IMG/VR virus record: IMGVR_UViG_3300027327_000001
Reading direction: 5' to 3' (one strand)
Length of the DNA stretch: 64,000 nt
Source: a virus
Under the pieces are notes generated by a model. The model was given only the letters and a program-made list of their open reading frames with translations. It did not search any database and was not told the origin of the DNA. The position numbers and the translations under genes are program-made. Below, one piece after another: positions 1 through 8,790 of this stretch (position 1 is the stretch's first letter; each line of letters opens with the position of its first letter).

Positions 1-148
1 AATTATACATCACGCCGCGCCCGCGGACCTTCCGCTTGGCGCAGAGCGCGAGCCTATTTCTGACTGTCTGCTGGGTTACTCCGAAGGCTTGAGCCAGCCA
101 CGGGCCGCTAACGCCTTCGGTGAAATCGAAGCCTTCAACATCCGGCAT
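1..148 (-). CDS. HTH-type DNA-binding protein, N-terminal part only (gene runs off the window start)
   Basis: The ATG at 146-148 overlaps the TAA of the upstream ORF (TAATG). Hand translation gives MPDVEGFDFTEGVSGPWLAQAFGVTQQTVRNRLALCAKRKVRGRGVMYN, with the helix-turn-helix-like stretch LAQAFGVTQQTVRNRL. Confidence 0.45.
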   Translation of the reverse strand, partial: MPDVEGFDFTEGVSGPWLAQAFGVTQQTVRNRLALCAKRKVRGRGVMYN

Positions 149-696
149 TAGACATCAAACTGCGACTCGCTGACGATGGTCTCAAGAATCATCGTCGCAG
201 CAGGGATTCCGCCATCAACGAATCCAGCTGCCAGACGCCTCAGGCACCGGAGGACGTGAAGCCTGCTCGTGCCTGTTTCCAAATCGCTAAACTTTTCCAC
301 GCCCGCGGTTGAGAGCGTATCGGTTAGCAAGCTAATCAAGAATTGCAATTCTTCATCGTTCTTGAACAAATTGCAAAATTCGCCATACGCCACCGCCAAT
401 TCGTCCGCTGTAGGATGCCTCGGCGGGCCGGCCTTGGCAACGTGGTCGAACAGAGTTGACGGCTTCGAAGCCGATGCCGAACCCTCGCCCGTCGATTGAG
501 TGCCGACAATTTCCCTGCCGACTTCGATTTTTTTGCTTGGGCCTGCAACGGATTCCAAGGTGTCGGCTATCCGCTCTAACGCACTGGCGATGCGATCCAC
601 GGAATCAAATGGAACCTTGAGCGGCTTGCAGTCGCGGGATGCTTCAGTGCGTGACGCTTCGGTGTTGATGTGGTCTGGGCGTATGACGTTTTCCAT
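148..696 (-). CDS. hypothetical protein
   Basis: The ORF-track frame is 148..852. I prefer the internal ATG at 694-696 (MENVIRPDH...) because the 5' 150 nt encode low-complexity FGFGF and run into the 843-893 hairpin. The stop is coupled to the downstream gene. Confidence 0.45.
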   Translation of the reverse strand: MENVIRPDHINTEASRTEASRDCKPLKVPFDSVDRIASALERIADTLESVAGPSKKIEVGREIVGTQSTGEGSASASKPSTLFDHVAKAGPPRHPTADELAVAYGEFCNLFKNDEELQFLISLLTDTLSTAGVEKFSDLETGTSRLHVLRCLRRLAAGFVDGGIPAATMILETIVSESQFDV

Positions 697-842
697 GCGG
701 CCAATTAAAGCGTTTTCCCGAAAGTTGTCAAATATTATTTTGCCGGAGCGAGATTCATGTCTCGACCGGAATGAGAACTGAAATCCAAACCCGAAACCCA
801 AGCCCAAATCGAAATCGAAAAAATTCTGACGATTAGCCCAAT

Positions 843-893
843 ATGCACACACCCTACGCCCCCCTTTAAGGGGGGGCTAGGGGGTGTGTGCAT
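843..893. repeat. imperfect GC-rich palindrome or hairpin with C8/G7 homopolymer arms
   Basis: The sequence is tgcacacaccctacgcccccc-tttaa-gggggggctagggggtgtgtgca. It sits at the boundary between the left operon and the control region. Confidence 0.7.
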
Positions 894-1203
894 GGGCTGC
901 CGTTCGGAAGAAAATTTGAAAGAAAAAAATGATGAAAAAATGATGAATTTGAAAACCGGAAATTCATTGCTGGATCCGAGTGATTCGGAAGATGGGGGAT
1001 TTAGGGTGGAACTTGAGCATCGGCATTAATTTCCGCTAATTTTTTCGTCTCAGAGCCAATACCCGTCGAGAATTCCGAATATTGATGGGTAGAATCATGT
1101 CGCATGTCGGCAAATCAGGTCGTTTTCGTGCAAAAAACTGCCAAGATCGGCGGCTCCGCGCTCCCCGCCCGGTGGGCCGGCGGGCCAGAAGGACCCGCTA
1201 TGG

Positions 1204-1266
1204 TATACCGTATGCGAAATACCAGATACCAGATCCCAAAATACCACATACCAAATGCCAAGAACC
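1204..1266 (+). repeat. cluster of ATACCA-like short direct repeats
   Basis: The sequence is ataccgtatgcgaaATACCAgATACCAgatcccaaaATACCAcATACCAaatgccaagaacca. Confidence 0.6.
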
Positions 1267-1346
1267 ACGCTGCACCGCGGCATGTAAATGCTGCAGCGCA
1301 GAAAAATCATGCTGCATTGCAGCATCGGGCGACCGGGCGCGCCTTG

Positions 1347-1559
1347 GCACTCGACGATTGGGAGTGCTAACGGCGGCGATGATGCGCCCGGTCAAGGGCG
1401 TTAGCACTCGTCGATAGCGAGTGCTAGCAGCATCCGACCGCGACCGGCGGCGTGTGTGAAGTTTACCTAGCTAAACTAATTTACTAAACCACTGCGGCCG
1501 CCTGGCAGTGGCGGCCCGATGACCGGCGACGCCTGGCACTCGACGCTTGAGAGTGCCAG
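1347..1559. repeat. three related palindromes sharing a GCACTCG..CGAGTGC core
   Basis: The three sites are 1347-1367 gcactcgacgattgggagtgc, 1402-1426 tagcactcg-tcgatag-cgagtgcta (perfect 9-bp arms) and 1533-1559 ctggcactc-gacgcttga-gagtgccag (perfect 9-bp arms). Confidence 0.7.
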
Positions 1560-1593
1560 AATCGCGTTGACCGGCGACGGCGGCGGCGATTAT

Positions 1594-1881
1594 TTTGTTC
1601 CGCATATCGGCACTTTGTTCTGCCTTTAGTTTGTTCTCTTTTTCGGCTGAATGTTCCGGATTCGCAGGTGTATCAGACTACCGGAAAATTCAGAGGCTAC
1701 CCAGTGGCGCGTAAAATCGCTCTGGGAGCTATGGCGCGTCGAGAACAGGGTTCCGATTTTGTTCCAAATAGGGCGAATTGGGCGGCCCGGCTGCATGGGC
1801 ACAAGATATTGCGCCTAAGCTTGAGAGCCGCCACTATATGGAGTATGACACACAATATGTAGTGCGCGTTCACTTTTGTTC
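1594..1881 (+). repeat. five TTTGTTC direct repeats
   Basis: TTTGTTC occurs at 1594, 1614, 1630, 1758 and 1875, all in the same orientation. Confidence 0.55.
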
Positions 1882-2696
1882 TGAATTTAGGGCCGGTGTT
1901 CCGTAGTTACCTATTTGTATCTAGCCCGTAGCGGCCTGTAACTCGACGCTGGGGCATGCCTGAACTTTTTGATACCAAACTACCTAAGTAGGCTTGTATG
2001 CCCTGGGAGCGATTCTAAGCGGCGCTGCATGCCCTCACCGATTTTCGGCACTTGTGGCTAAAAGCGAGAATCGCGCTTGGATTCGACGCTGACTCGACCA
2101 CTCGACTCGACGAACCGGCGGCCACGCGACGGCGATTGAGCGATGCCTTGCCAGCTGGTCGAGTGCTCTTGCCCTGGCAGTGCTTGGCAGTGCCTTGAAC
2201 GAGTGCAGGGCGGCCCGTCAAGCAGTGCTTGCCAGCCGTCGAGGGCTTGCCTGCATGGACTTGGCAGGCGCGCCTGGCGCTGCTCGCAATCGACCTGCGA
2301 TGCACTGGCTACCGGCGATCGCGCGCCTTGCCTAGCAGCGCCTGAAGCGGCCGCCGGCGGCCGCTACTCGACGGCGATTCGACGGCGAATCCGTCCACCG
2401 GCGGCCACTCGAATCGACTGCGAATCGACCTGATTCGGCCCGTCGAATAGGCGCGCTGATTCGGAGCGCGCGGCAGCTGTCGAGTGCGATTGCCAGTGCC
2501 GCGGCTAGCTACCGGCGGCGCCGGAATAGTCCCCAGCGGCCATAGGGCGGCCATAGAGCATCATTGCGCATGATTCCGGTGTATCCCACTGCATAGCGAC
2601 TAGGCGCGCTCTAGGGTAGCTCTGTAGGCTTGTCCGGCGAAAAGAAAAAAACTTTGTCGGAATCAAAAATATGTGCCGATTTTGTGCAATTAGTGC

Positions 2697-2725
2697 TTGC
2701 AGGGTAACCGCATATCCGATATACG
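2697..2725 (+). promoter_or_regulatory. candidate sigma70-like promoter of the early operon
   Basis: TTGCAG (2697-2702), 17 nt, then TATACG (2720-2725), about 35 nt upstream of the first early gene. Confidence 0.3.
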
Positions 2726-2758
2726 GGAGTCCACATTGACATATCGGAGACAAGCTAA

Positions 2759-3031
2759 ATGACCAAAACAGACAACCTGGACGCGAAATTGCAACTTGCT
2801 TTTCAGCGCCTGCAAGCCGCGCAAGACAACCTTGAAAACCTGCATGATGAGCTTGCCAAGTGCGGTCACGCGATAGACTCTTGGGCGATGCATGTAGGCG
2901 ATCAATCGAGTGTGCAAGCGGGCCGCGAAATATGGGCTAGCCTGACTCCTATGCAAGATGCCCTGCAAAAGCTTGCTATCGTCAACCGCAAATTTTCAAG
3001 CGCACTCGACACTTTCCAAGATCGCTCTTGA
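2759..3031 (+). CDS. hypothetical helical protein
   Basis: The ORF track gives 90 aa. A GGAGA SD lies 8 nt upstream of the ATG. This is the first gene of the early operon. Confidence 0.65.
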   Translation: MTKTDNLDAKLQLAFQRLQAAQDNLENLHDELAKCGHAIDSWAMHVGDQSSVQAGREIWASLTPMQDALQKLAIVNRKFSSALDTFQDRS

Positions 3032-3108
3032 GTCCCGCTTCACCGGCCGCCGTGCGCGGCCGGATTACCGGCACTCAACCGGACAACCAGATCAAGGAGA
3101 CAGAAAAA
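3032..3108 (+). promoter_or_regulatory. early intergenic cassette copy A (GC hairpin + ACCGG..ACCGG box + SD)
   Basis: cgcttcaCCGGCCGCcgtgcGCGGCCGGattACCGGcactcaACCGGAcaaccagatcAAGGAGA. Confidence 0.8.
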
Positions 3109-3468
3109 ATGACCAAATTACAGATTGAATTTTCAATGCTCAAATTCGCGGTGTGGGGACTGCCGCGCGTATCAATGGCGTCGATTGAAGGCGTCGATTG
3201 CGGCTATCTGTTTAACGAGCCGGGCGGCGATTGCGTATTGCCGTGCGAGAGCTTGAAGCGCATTGCAGGCGATCACAAATACCCGCCTGATTACTACAGC
3301 GCCAAGTGTTCGGCCCGTGCCGCCTGGAATACGTTGAGCGCTCGCGAGCAGTGCTATCGGCTGATGCGATCGGGAAGTTCGGCACTGGCAGACATTGCCC
3401 TGCAGTGGCTGGTCGATAACGGCCGCGATGATATTTTCGACGATATTTCACGCGAATTTGGCAACTAG
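3109..3468 (+). CDS. hypothetical protein
   Basis: ATG at 3109 (MTKLQIEF...) follows the cassette SD. The ORF-track frame 3028.. merely reads through the cassette. Confidence 0.65.
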   Translation: MTKLQIEFSMLKFAVWGLPRVSMASIEGVDCGYLFNEPGGDCVLPCESLKRIAGDHKYPPDYYSAKCSARAAWNTLSAREQCYRLMRSGSSALADIALQWLVDNGRDDIFDDISREFGN

Positions 3469-3548
3469 TGTTTCGCTTCACCGGCCGCCGCGCGCGGCCG
3501 GATTACCGGCACACTGAACCGGAAAACCAGTCAAGGAGACTAAACGAG
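3469..3548 (+). promoter_or_regulatory. early intergenic cassette copy B
   Basis: cgcttcaCCGGCCGCcgcgcGCGGCCGGattACCGGcacactgaACCGGAaaaccagtcAAGGAGA. Confidence 0.8.
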
Positions 3549-3980
3549 ATGACCAGAATAGCATATTGGACATATAACAGTGATACGCATTGCGGCCATT
3601 GCGCGCACAAGATTTTCAGCGCGCAATCTCTCTTTGAAGGAACAGCCGTAGACTCCGAAGATAATCCGGTTGTGCCCATGTTCGAACATGAAGATCATCA
3701 TCCCGACGGAGTCCATTGCGGGACCTGTTCAGAGGAATTGATGCCGTCGAGATTCCCCGGATTCATCGCTTTGAATGATCCCTACATGCAGGAGCTTATC
3801 AACGGATCCGATTGCCGCGAGTCCGCATACGCGGCCGCGCAAAAAGCAGTCAAAAAATTTCAGTATCTCGACGAGAAACTTGAAGAGCATCGGAATTACG
3901 ACTGGGACGAGAATCACGACGATTTAACCGCGACTCTCGACTGGATCGACGCATACGAGCACGCGGCGCAATCGCTCTAG
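3549..3980 (+). CDS. hypothetical Cys/His-rich (zinc-binding-like) acidic protein
   Basis: MTRIAYWTYNSDTHCGHCAHK...HCGTCSEE contains CxxC pairs. The ATG follows the cassette SD. Confidence 0.65.
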   Translation: MTRIAYWTYNSDTHCGHCAHKIFSAQSLFEGTAVDSEDNPVVPMFEHEDHHPDGVHCGTCSEELMPSRFPGFIALNDPYMQELINGSDCRESAYAAAQKAVKKFQYLDEKLEEHRNYDWDENHDDLTATLDWIDAYEHAAQSL

Positions 3981-4054
3981 TGTCCCGCTTTTCGCGCCTC
4001 AAGCGAGGCGCGATTACCGGCACATTCGACCGGACAACTGATAGGAGCTTGAAC
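3981..4054 (+). promoter_or_regulatory. early intergenic cassette copy C
   Basis: cgcttttCGCGCCTCaagcGAGGCGCGattACCGGcacattcgACCGGAcaactgatAGGAG. Confidence 0.8.
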
Positions 4055-4426
4055 ATGATAACCGCAATAAATGAAGCCAGTTTTGACTATCCGCAATCCT
4101 TGAGCCTGACTTTTTCATCGCCTCAGAAAATCGGCCGCGCTACCGTTATCCGCGTGTGTATCGACGTTGAAGGCGATCATTGCATAGTGGGCAATATCTA
4201 CCGCTTGCGCGATACTGGCGCGTTGCGCCTGACTCCCAGCGTCTCGGATATGGTTGGCAACGCGGCATATGGTCACACGGATTTTGCCCGCGCGCGCCGC
4301 GCGATAATCGAAAAGTGGGACGTGATGACGCTGGTTGAGCGCGCCGCGACACTCCTTGAGTGCGACGACTCCCGCGTCAAAAGAGCCGCTATGGACGTAT
4401 GCAGGGACTGCATGACCGACTCCTAA
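4055..4426 (+). CDS. hypothetical protein, paralog family 1
   Basis: MITAINEAS... The C-terminal region FARARRAIIEKWDVMTLVERAATLLEC resembles the products of 4518..4838 and 6212..6610. Confidence 0.65.
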   Translation: MITAINEASFDYPQSLSLTFSSPQKIGRATVIRVCIDVEGDHCIVGNIYRLRDTGALRLTPSVSDMVGNAAYGHTDFARARRAIIEKWDVMTLVERAATLLECDDSRVKRAAMDVCRDCMTDS

Positions 4427-4517
4427 AGGCGAAACCCGGCGCCGCCTGGCGCCGGTTCTAGCGCGCCTGGCGCCGCGCTACTGATGAGCCTAGCCAAGAG
4501 ATAAAGGAGACTCGACA

Positions 4518-4838
4518 ATGACCACATTCAGCCTGCACTTCACGCCTGTATTTTGCGATAGGCGCGACGGATCAAAAAGTTGCGACTTGATGATCGCGGG
4601 CCACAGCGTCGGCGCTCTAGTGCAGGAGCGCGGCGGCCATATCGACGCGACAATTGGAGTCGATGATCTGTTTGTAATGGATCGCTATGATAGCTTCACA
4701 GCGGCCCGCATGGCTATTCGTGAGCAGTGGCACGCGATGAGCATAGCCAATCGCGCGCGTGTGCTTCTCGACTGCAAGGTTTCCGCATTGCGAGAATTGG
4801 CAATCGACTACCACAGCGGCAATCTTTGCAGCTGCTAG
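4518..4838 (+). CDS. hypothetical protein, paralog family 1
   Basis: An AAGGAGA SD is present. FTAARMAIREQWHAMSIANRARVLLDC aligns with the 4055 and 6212 products. Confidence 0.65.
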   Translation: MTTFSLHFTPVFCDRRDGSKSCDLMIAGHSVGALVQERGGHIDATIGVDDLFVMDRYDSFTAARMAIREQWHAMSIANRARVLLDCKVSALRELAIDYHSGNLCSC

Positions 4839-4914
4839 AGCATCGCTTATCGGGCCGCCGCGTGCGGCCCGAAGACCGGCGCTTTAACCGGAAAACCAGA
4901 TAGGAGATAGGCAC
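4839..4914 (+). promoter_or_regulatory. early intergenic cassette copy D
   Basis: cgcttatCGGGCCGCcgcgtGCGGCCCGaagACCGGcgctttaACCGGAaaaccagatAGGAGA. Confidence 0.8.
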
Positions 4915-5262
4915 ATGAAAATCGAACCTGTAACCACTAAATCCGTAATGTCGCCTGGGGGTAGCATGACGCATGAGTCGGAATACCTATTCCCGGCTGA
5001 TGATTATGGACGGGCCGCGCTCAAAACTTTCGTCAATAGCGCCGCGCGAAAGCGAGCGCACTTTTACGCGCTGTCCGGTGTTCAGCCGCGCGTAATCGGT
5101 AGCGATGATCAAGTCTATCCCGCATTTGAAACTATCAACTTGGGCCGCCGTCAATGGACGGAATTAGCGACTAAGATTCTCACTTCGAAGTTTCGCCGGC
5201 CGCACGCGTTGCGCGTGCGCATGGTCGAGACTCAACTTTCTGTGCATGTATTCATGAACTAG
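4915..5262 (+). CDS. hypothetical protein
   Basis: ORF track, 115 aa, following the cassette SD. Confidence 0.6.
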   Translation: MKIEPVTTKSVMSPGGSMTHESEYLFPADDYGRAALKTFVNSAARKRAHFYALSGVQPRVIGSDDQVYPAFETINLGRRQWTELATKILTSKFRRPHALRVRMVETQLSVHVFMN

Positions 5263-5340
5263 TGCGTCGCTTATCGGGCCGCCGCGTGCGGCCCGAATAC
5301 CGGCACATTCGACCCGGAAAACCAGATAGGAGATTACCGA
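5263..5340 (+). promoter_or_regulatory. early intergenic cassette copy E
   Basis: cgcttatCGGGCCGCcgcgtGCGGCCCGaatACCGGcacattcgACCCGGAaaaccagatAGGAGA. The hairpin is identical to that of copy D. Confidence 0.8.
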
Positions 5341-5625
5341 ATGACCACACTGCAGCAAAAATTCGATAGGGTTTTTAGCCCTGGAGTGCCCACAAAATCG
5401 CGCGTCGAGGCGATGAACGATACCGCGATCGCGGCACTAGTGAATGAGCATGAAGGCGATGACGCGGCGCAACTGGCAGCTGCTGAAAGCGCGTGGGATA
5501 CGCTGGAGTCGAGACTTGACGATATGGACGAGTCGACTTTCGATTACGAGTTTGTCCTTGAAGACTATTACGAAGTTGAGGCGCTGATCAACGCTTTGGA
5601 TAGCCGCATTGCGCTTGACGGCTAG
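5341..5625 (+). CDS. hypothetical strongly acidic protein
   Basis: 94 aa and rich in D/E (…ESRLDDMDESTFDYEFVLEDYYEVE…). Confidence 0.6.
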   Translation: MTTLQQKFDRVFSPGVPTKSRVEAMNDTAIAALVNEHEGDDAAQLAAAESAWDTLESRLDDMDESTFDYEFVLEDYYEVEALINALDSRIALDG

Positions 5626-5700
5626 AGCATCGATCTTGGGGCGGCTGCGGCCGCCCATTGACCGGCGCTTTGACCGGATAACTCGATAGGAGAATCAAAA
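5626..5700 (+). promoter_or_regulatory. early intergenic cassette copy F
   Basis: GGGGCGGCtgcGGCCGCCCattgACCGGcgctttgACCGGAtaactcgatAGGAGA. Confidence 0.75.
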
Positions 5701-6117
5701 ATGAAACTGAAATTGTGCCCTGAAAATGGGAAGAAAATTGCGGCTGCGCTCGCAACTGTCAATGGCGGTTCGCACACGCACACATTCACTATGGGATCGC
5801 AAATTTCGCAGGAAATAGCTGAAGAGGCGGAGTCACGCCTCAGAAAATTCGGACTGTGTAACTCTAAGCGCCGCGGCGCGATAGTGATCGGCCAAAGCGG
5901 TTCGATACTGCCAAGCAGTTACGGATATCCAGCGCGCACAACAACAGTCACTTTGTATCGCGGCGTGCGCGACTGGTTCATTACGGATATTTCCGAGTCG
6001 TCGCTCTATCCCAAGACTCGACCTGTATTCCGAATCGGATTGCATGAATACCAGATTGAGAGCGCGCAAGAATCGATGCGCGCCGCGCTGGGGATCGCCG
6101 ATATTAGCGCGTCATAG
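5701..6117 (+). CDS. hypothetical protein, paralog family 2
   Basis: 138 aa. It shares its layout with 10095..10514 and 10511..10933: MK(L/I)..., ...RL..FGL..., then ...W(F/Y)(I/L)T(D/R)... Confidence 0.65.
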   Translation: MKLKLCPENGKKIAAALATVNGGSHTHTFTMGSQISQEIAEEAESRLRKFGLCNSKRRGAIVIGQSGSILPSSYGYPARTTTVTLYRGVRDWFITDISESSLYPKTRPVFRIGLHEYQIESAQESMRAALGIADISAS

Positions 6118-6211
6118 AGAGCATCAAGGCGGCGGCCATGCGGCCGCCGTCTTCCAGTCGCGCGGATTAGTGGCCGCGCCTGATGAGCAACGCGAAACTG
6201 GATAGGACAAA
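6118..6211 (+). promoter_or_regulatory. variant intergenic region with two GC hairpins and no ACCGG box
   Basis: GGCGGCGGCCatGCGGCCGCCG followed by GCGCGGattagtggCCGCGC. Confidence 0.6.
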
Positions 6212-6610
6212 ATGACAAGATTCAACCTGCAGTTCGGCGATATTCGCCTACTGGAAAATGGCAACGAGATTATGCCAGTGGCTATCGACTCCGTCGAAAT
6301 TGGCCGCTTGATCAAGTGGCCGAACAGTTGCGTAATTCTCGAAAGTGGTGAATTGGCGCGCGTGCTGGGGCCTGAGGAGCGCAGCAATACCTTGCGCCAC
6401 TGTCTCGACTGGCAAGACGCTAAGGCGCGCTCTAGGCACTCCTGGGAGGCTATGAAAGAGCTTGAAAGAGCCGGTAGACTACTCGACGACGAAAGATATT
6501 ACGTCAAGGAGATCGGCAAGAATTTGCTTGCCGAAAGTATGATGCGCAACGGCGGCTGCACGTCGCAAGCGGCCGGCCGCGCGCTGTTGGATATCGTGTT
6601 GACGGATTAG
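6212..6610 (+). CDS. hypothetical protein, paralog family 1
   Basis: 132 aa. AKARSRHSWEAMKELERAGRLLDDE aligns with the 4055 and 4518 products. Confidence 0.6.
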   Translation: MTRFNLQFGDIRLLENGNEIMPVAIDSVEIGRLIKWPNSCVILESGELARVLGPEERSNTLRHCLDWQDAKARSRHSWEAMKELERAGRLLDDERYYVKEIGKNLLAESMMRNGGCTSQAAGRALLDIVLTD

Positions 6611-6682
6611 AGTATCGACTTTCCGGCCGCCGTGCGCGGCCGGATTGCCGGCACTTTCGACCGGACTACAGGAGATACGAGA
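6611..6682 (+). promoter_or_regulatory. early intergenic cassette copy H
   Basis: tCCGGCCGCcgtgcGCGGCCGGattgCCGGcactttcgACCGGActacAGGAGA. Confidence 0.8.
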
Positions 6683-7243
6683 ATGACAAGCAAATTTACG
6701 TTCACTTTCGCGGACGTTTACGATTGGATCGTTGCCGGCCGCGAATGGGCCGGCATGACCGGTAGCGAGGCGGCCGGCAATGCGGCAAGCGAATGGGCCG
6801 ATGAAAAGTATTCGGAATTTTGCCGCTACGGGCCGTCGCAAGACTTTGAAGACTGGATGCGCACAACCCATTTGCAAGACATTAACGGCATTGCAGCGTG
6901 GGCCGCCGATGCCGCTTTAGCTCAAGCGGATAGGGACGGCCGCTATTGGCCGTCGCAAGATCTTGTTCGAGAAAAATTTGAACAAGTCTTTGCCGATCGC
7001 GTCAATGTCGTCGACAGTTTTTGCCGTCGAGTCGTCGAATTGGCGCCAGAAATTGACGTGCAATATGCGTTCAAATATGAGCGCGACGCACTTGATAATT
7101 GCGACTCGATGCATGCCGTATATCGCGCTATCGGCAAATCTCTTTTGGTCACTCGCACGCATTGGCACGTTCTTCGAGTGCGCCAAGAACTCGAGGAGCT
7201 GGAAGAATTTGGCGACATACAGGATCGTCCTCAAGTCGCTTGA
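6683..7243 (+). CDS. hypothetical protein
   Basis: ATG at 6683 (MTSKFTFTFADVYDW...) follows the cassette SD. 186 aa. Confidence 0.65.
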   Translation: MTSKFTFTFADVYDWIVAGREWAGMTGSEAAGNAASEWADEKYSEFCRYGPSQDFEDWMRTTHLQDINGIAAWAADAALAQADRDGRYWPSQDLVREKFEQVFADRVNVVDSFCRRVVELAPEIDVQYAFKYERDALDNCDSMHAVYRAIGKSLLVTRTHWHVLRVRQELEELEEFGDIQDRPQVA

Positions 7244-7314
7244 GTCTCGCTTTCTGGACGGCTGCGGCCGTCCAGTTACCGGGACTCACCGGACAACAGA
7301 TAGGAGACTCGACA
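7244..7314 (+). promoter_or_regulatory. early intergenic cassette copy I
   Basis: CTGGACGGCtgcGGCCGTCCAGttACCGGgactcACCGGAcaacagatAGGAGA. Confidence 0.8.
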
Positions 7315-7566
7315 ATGAACAATATCGACCTGCACAACGTCAAGGCGGCCGAACTGATAAACTCTCAATGGATGGATGAGCACAAGAAAATCATAGCGGC
7401 GGCCGTCCTGGACGTTACCGAGAAGCGCCTTGCGCAAATGCCTATTCCGATAGCGACGTTCGACCACCGAGGATTTAGGCCGGCGATCAATGACGGCGGC
7501 CGCTACAGGGATCATTTGGACGATAAAATTATCCTGAACGCCTTCATTCGCGACTTGAATAGCTAG
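7315..7566 (+). CDS. hypothetical protein
   Basis: ATG at 7315 (MNNIDLHNVK...) follows the cassette SD. 83 aa. Confidence 0.6.
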   Translation: MNNIDLHNVKAAELINSQWMDEHKKIIAAAVLDVTEKRLAQMPIPIATFDHRGFRPAINDGGRYRDHLDDKIILNAFIRDLNS

Positions 7567-7646
7567 CGACTCTCGACCGGTAGGCATTGCTAGCCAGTGC
7601 CTACCAGCCGGAAGTTGAGCCGGAAAACCCAATCGGAGAACTGACA
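7567..7646 (+). promoter_or_regulatory. early intergenic cassette copy J (diverged: GCCGG..GCCGG)
   Basis: GGTAGGCAttgctagccagTGCCTACCagCCGGaagttgagCCGGAaaacccaatcGGAGA. Confidence 0.65.
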
Positions 7647-7862
7647 ATGACCAAAGCACAGATGCAGGACGAATTGAAAAAGCGCAATTGGTTCGTCGAC
7701 CGCAATCCGTATCGAAATTGGCGCTGGTGTGTCTATCGAACTGAATTTTCCGCGATAGGCGAAAAGCAAATTATTTTGTGTGAGAGCAACGGCCATAGAA
7801 CGCGATTGGCGGCGGTCGAGAACGCCATAGAACGCGGGTTCGGCGATGGCGTTGCCTGGTAA
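7647..7862 (+). CDS. hypothetical protein
   Basis: ATG at 7647 (MTKAQMQDELKKRNWF...). 71 aa. Confidence 0.6.
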   Translation: MTKAQMQDELKKRNWFVDRNPYRNWRWCVYRTEFSAIGEKQIILCESNGHRTRLAAVENAIERGFGDGVAW

Positions 7863-7941
7863 TCGACTCCCGCTCTTAGGGCCGCTTATGCGGCCCGTAG
7901 ACCGGTAGTTGAACCGGAAAAACCAAATAGGAGAATGAGCA
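7863..7941 (+). promoter_or_regulatory. early intergenic cassette copy K
   Basis: GGGCCGCttatGCGGCCCgtagACCGGtagttgaACCGGAaaaaccaaatAGGAGA. Confidence 0.8.
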
Positions 7942-8382
7942 ATGACATTGCAACTAACAGAAAACTTGAGCGCAATTTTTGAGCGCGCAAAAACGGGAAT
8001 CGCGGCCGATTTTGCCGGTAAAGTTACCGGCGATGATACGGGAAATTTTGACTGGAAATGTGCCGACGCATGGGCGAATTTTGCGCCCGGTGAAGCGCCT
8101 CCGACGTTGGAATACGCCAACGGAATCGAAAGATTCGAGTTTGCCGACGGAAGCGCGATCGTCGCTGATTGCTTGACTTGGGAATACGGATTCAATGGCG
8201 ATGATTGCAGCGACAAGGAATTGATCGCGGCCGTTGTGGATGCGGAAAAAAGTTTCGCAGCGTTCATCGGCGAAACATATCCGGCGAAACGCGATCCGAA
8301 CGAATATTGGCCGGATAGCGAATTTACGGAAGGCGATCCCGCGTTCACCTTCCCGACGTTTTTGTGGCCCGCGTTCGGCTAG
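7942..8382 (+). CDS. hypothetical protein with an RFxFxDGS-type domain
   Basis: 146 aa. IERFEFADGSAIVADCLTWEYGFNG resembles the repeated domain in the 35449..37047 proteins. Confidence 0.65.
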   Translation: MTLQLTENLSAIFERAKTGIAADFAGKVTGDDTGNFDWKCADAWANFAPGEAPPTLEYANGIERFEFADGSAIVADCLTWEYGFNGDDCSDKELIAAVVDAEKSFAAFIGETYPAKRDPNEYWPDSEFTEGDPAFTFPTFLWPAFG

Positions 8383-8396
8383 TGGATGGATGACGC

Positions 8397-8426
8397 TTGC
8401 GCGTAACCGCAAAAGCATGGTAGAAT
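8397..8426 (+). promoter_or_regulatory. candidate internal sigma70-like promoter with extended -10
   Basis: TTGCGC (8397-8402), 18 nt, then tgg-TAGAAT (8421-8426). This junction lacks the hairpin/ACCGG cassette. Confidence 0.4.
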
Positions 8427-8451
8427 GAACCGAATCATAGGAGACTCAAAC

Positions 8452-8790
8452 ATGACCACAGAAATTCCGGCACTCAAACTCAACGATAAGACGATGCAGG
8501 ATGAAGTTAACGCGGCGCCAACGCTGTATGAGAAAATCGACGCGGCGGCCGGCAAGCTTTGGCAAGTGGATGCTAAAGCGCATGAATGCACGGGCGCGCT
8601 GGAGTCAGCGCTTAGCGAAGATTTTGCGAGTATCGAAGCGTATCTAGTCGAACTGGAAAATATGCAGGAACCGCGGTTTTTGGATGCGGTTATCCAGTCC
8701 GTAACGGACAACTTCGGCGAATATGTCACGTCCGAATGTATGCCAGAAATAAGAATATTCGTCGCCAAAGTTACCGAACACGAGCTTTAG
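8452..8790 (+). CDS. hypothetical acidic protein
   Basis: ATG at 8452 (MTTEIPALKLND...) follows an AGGAGA SD. 112 aa. Confidence 0.6.
   Translation: MTTEIPALKLNDKTMQDEVNAAPTLYEKIDAAAGKLWQVDAKAHECTGALESALSEDFASIEAYLVELENMQEPRFLDAVIQSVTDNFGEYVTSECMPEIRIFVAKVTEHEL

Larger units (their letters stand above)
853..2758. other. coding-poor divergent control region (candidate origin, packaging or regulatory region)
   Basis: Only short, mutually overlapping ORFs occur on both strands, with Arg/Ala/Cys-rich nonsense-like translations. The region is dense in palindromes and short direct repeats. It is flanked by divergently oriented operons. Confidence 0.6.

Noticed and set aside
148-852. Using the full 234-codon ORF as the gene.
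   Set aside because: The first ~50 codons encode FDFDLGLGFGFGFQFSF low-complexity sequence and overlap the 843-893 palindrome. The internal ATG at 696 is more plausible, although the start remains uncertain.
1082-2554. Short ORFs of 60-111 aa occur on both strands in the control region (for example 1082-1417, 2015-2305, 2143-2433).
   Set aside because: They overlap one another in several frames, lack SD sequences and have Arg/Cys/Ala-rich nonsense-like translations. They are built from the palindromic and direct repeats themselves.
7590-8348. A 252-aa minus-strand ORF overlaps early genes 7647-7862 and 7942-8382.
   Set aside because: It is antisense to two well-supported SD-preceded genes and reads straight through a conserved intergenic cassette. 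Its translation is Ser/Ala/Pro-rich and low-complexity, and it has no SD.
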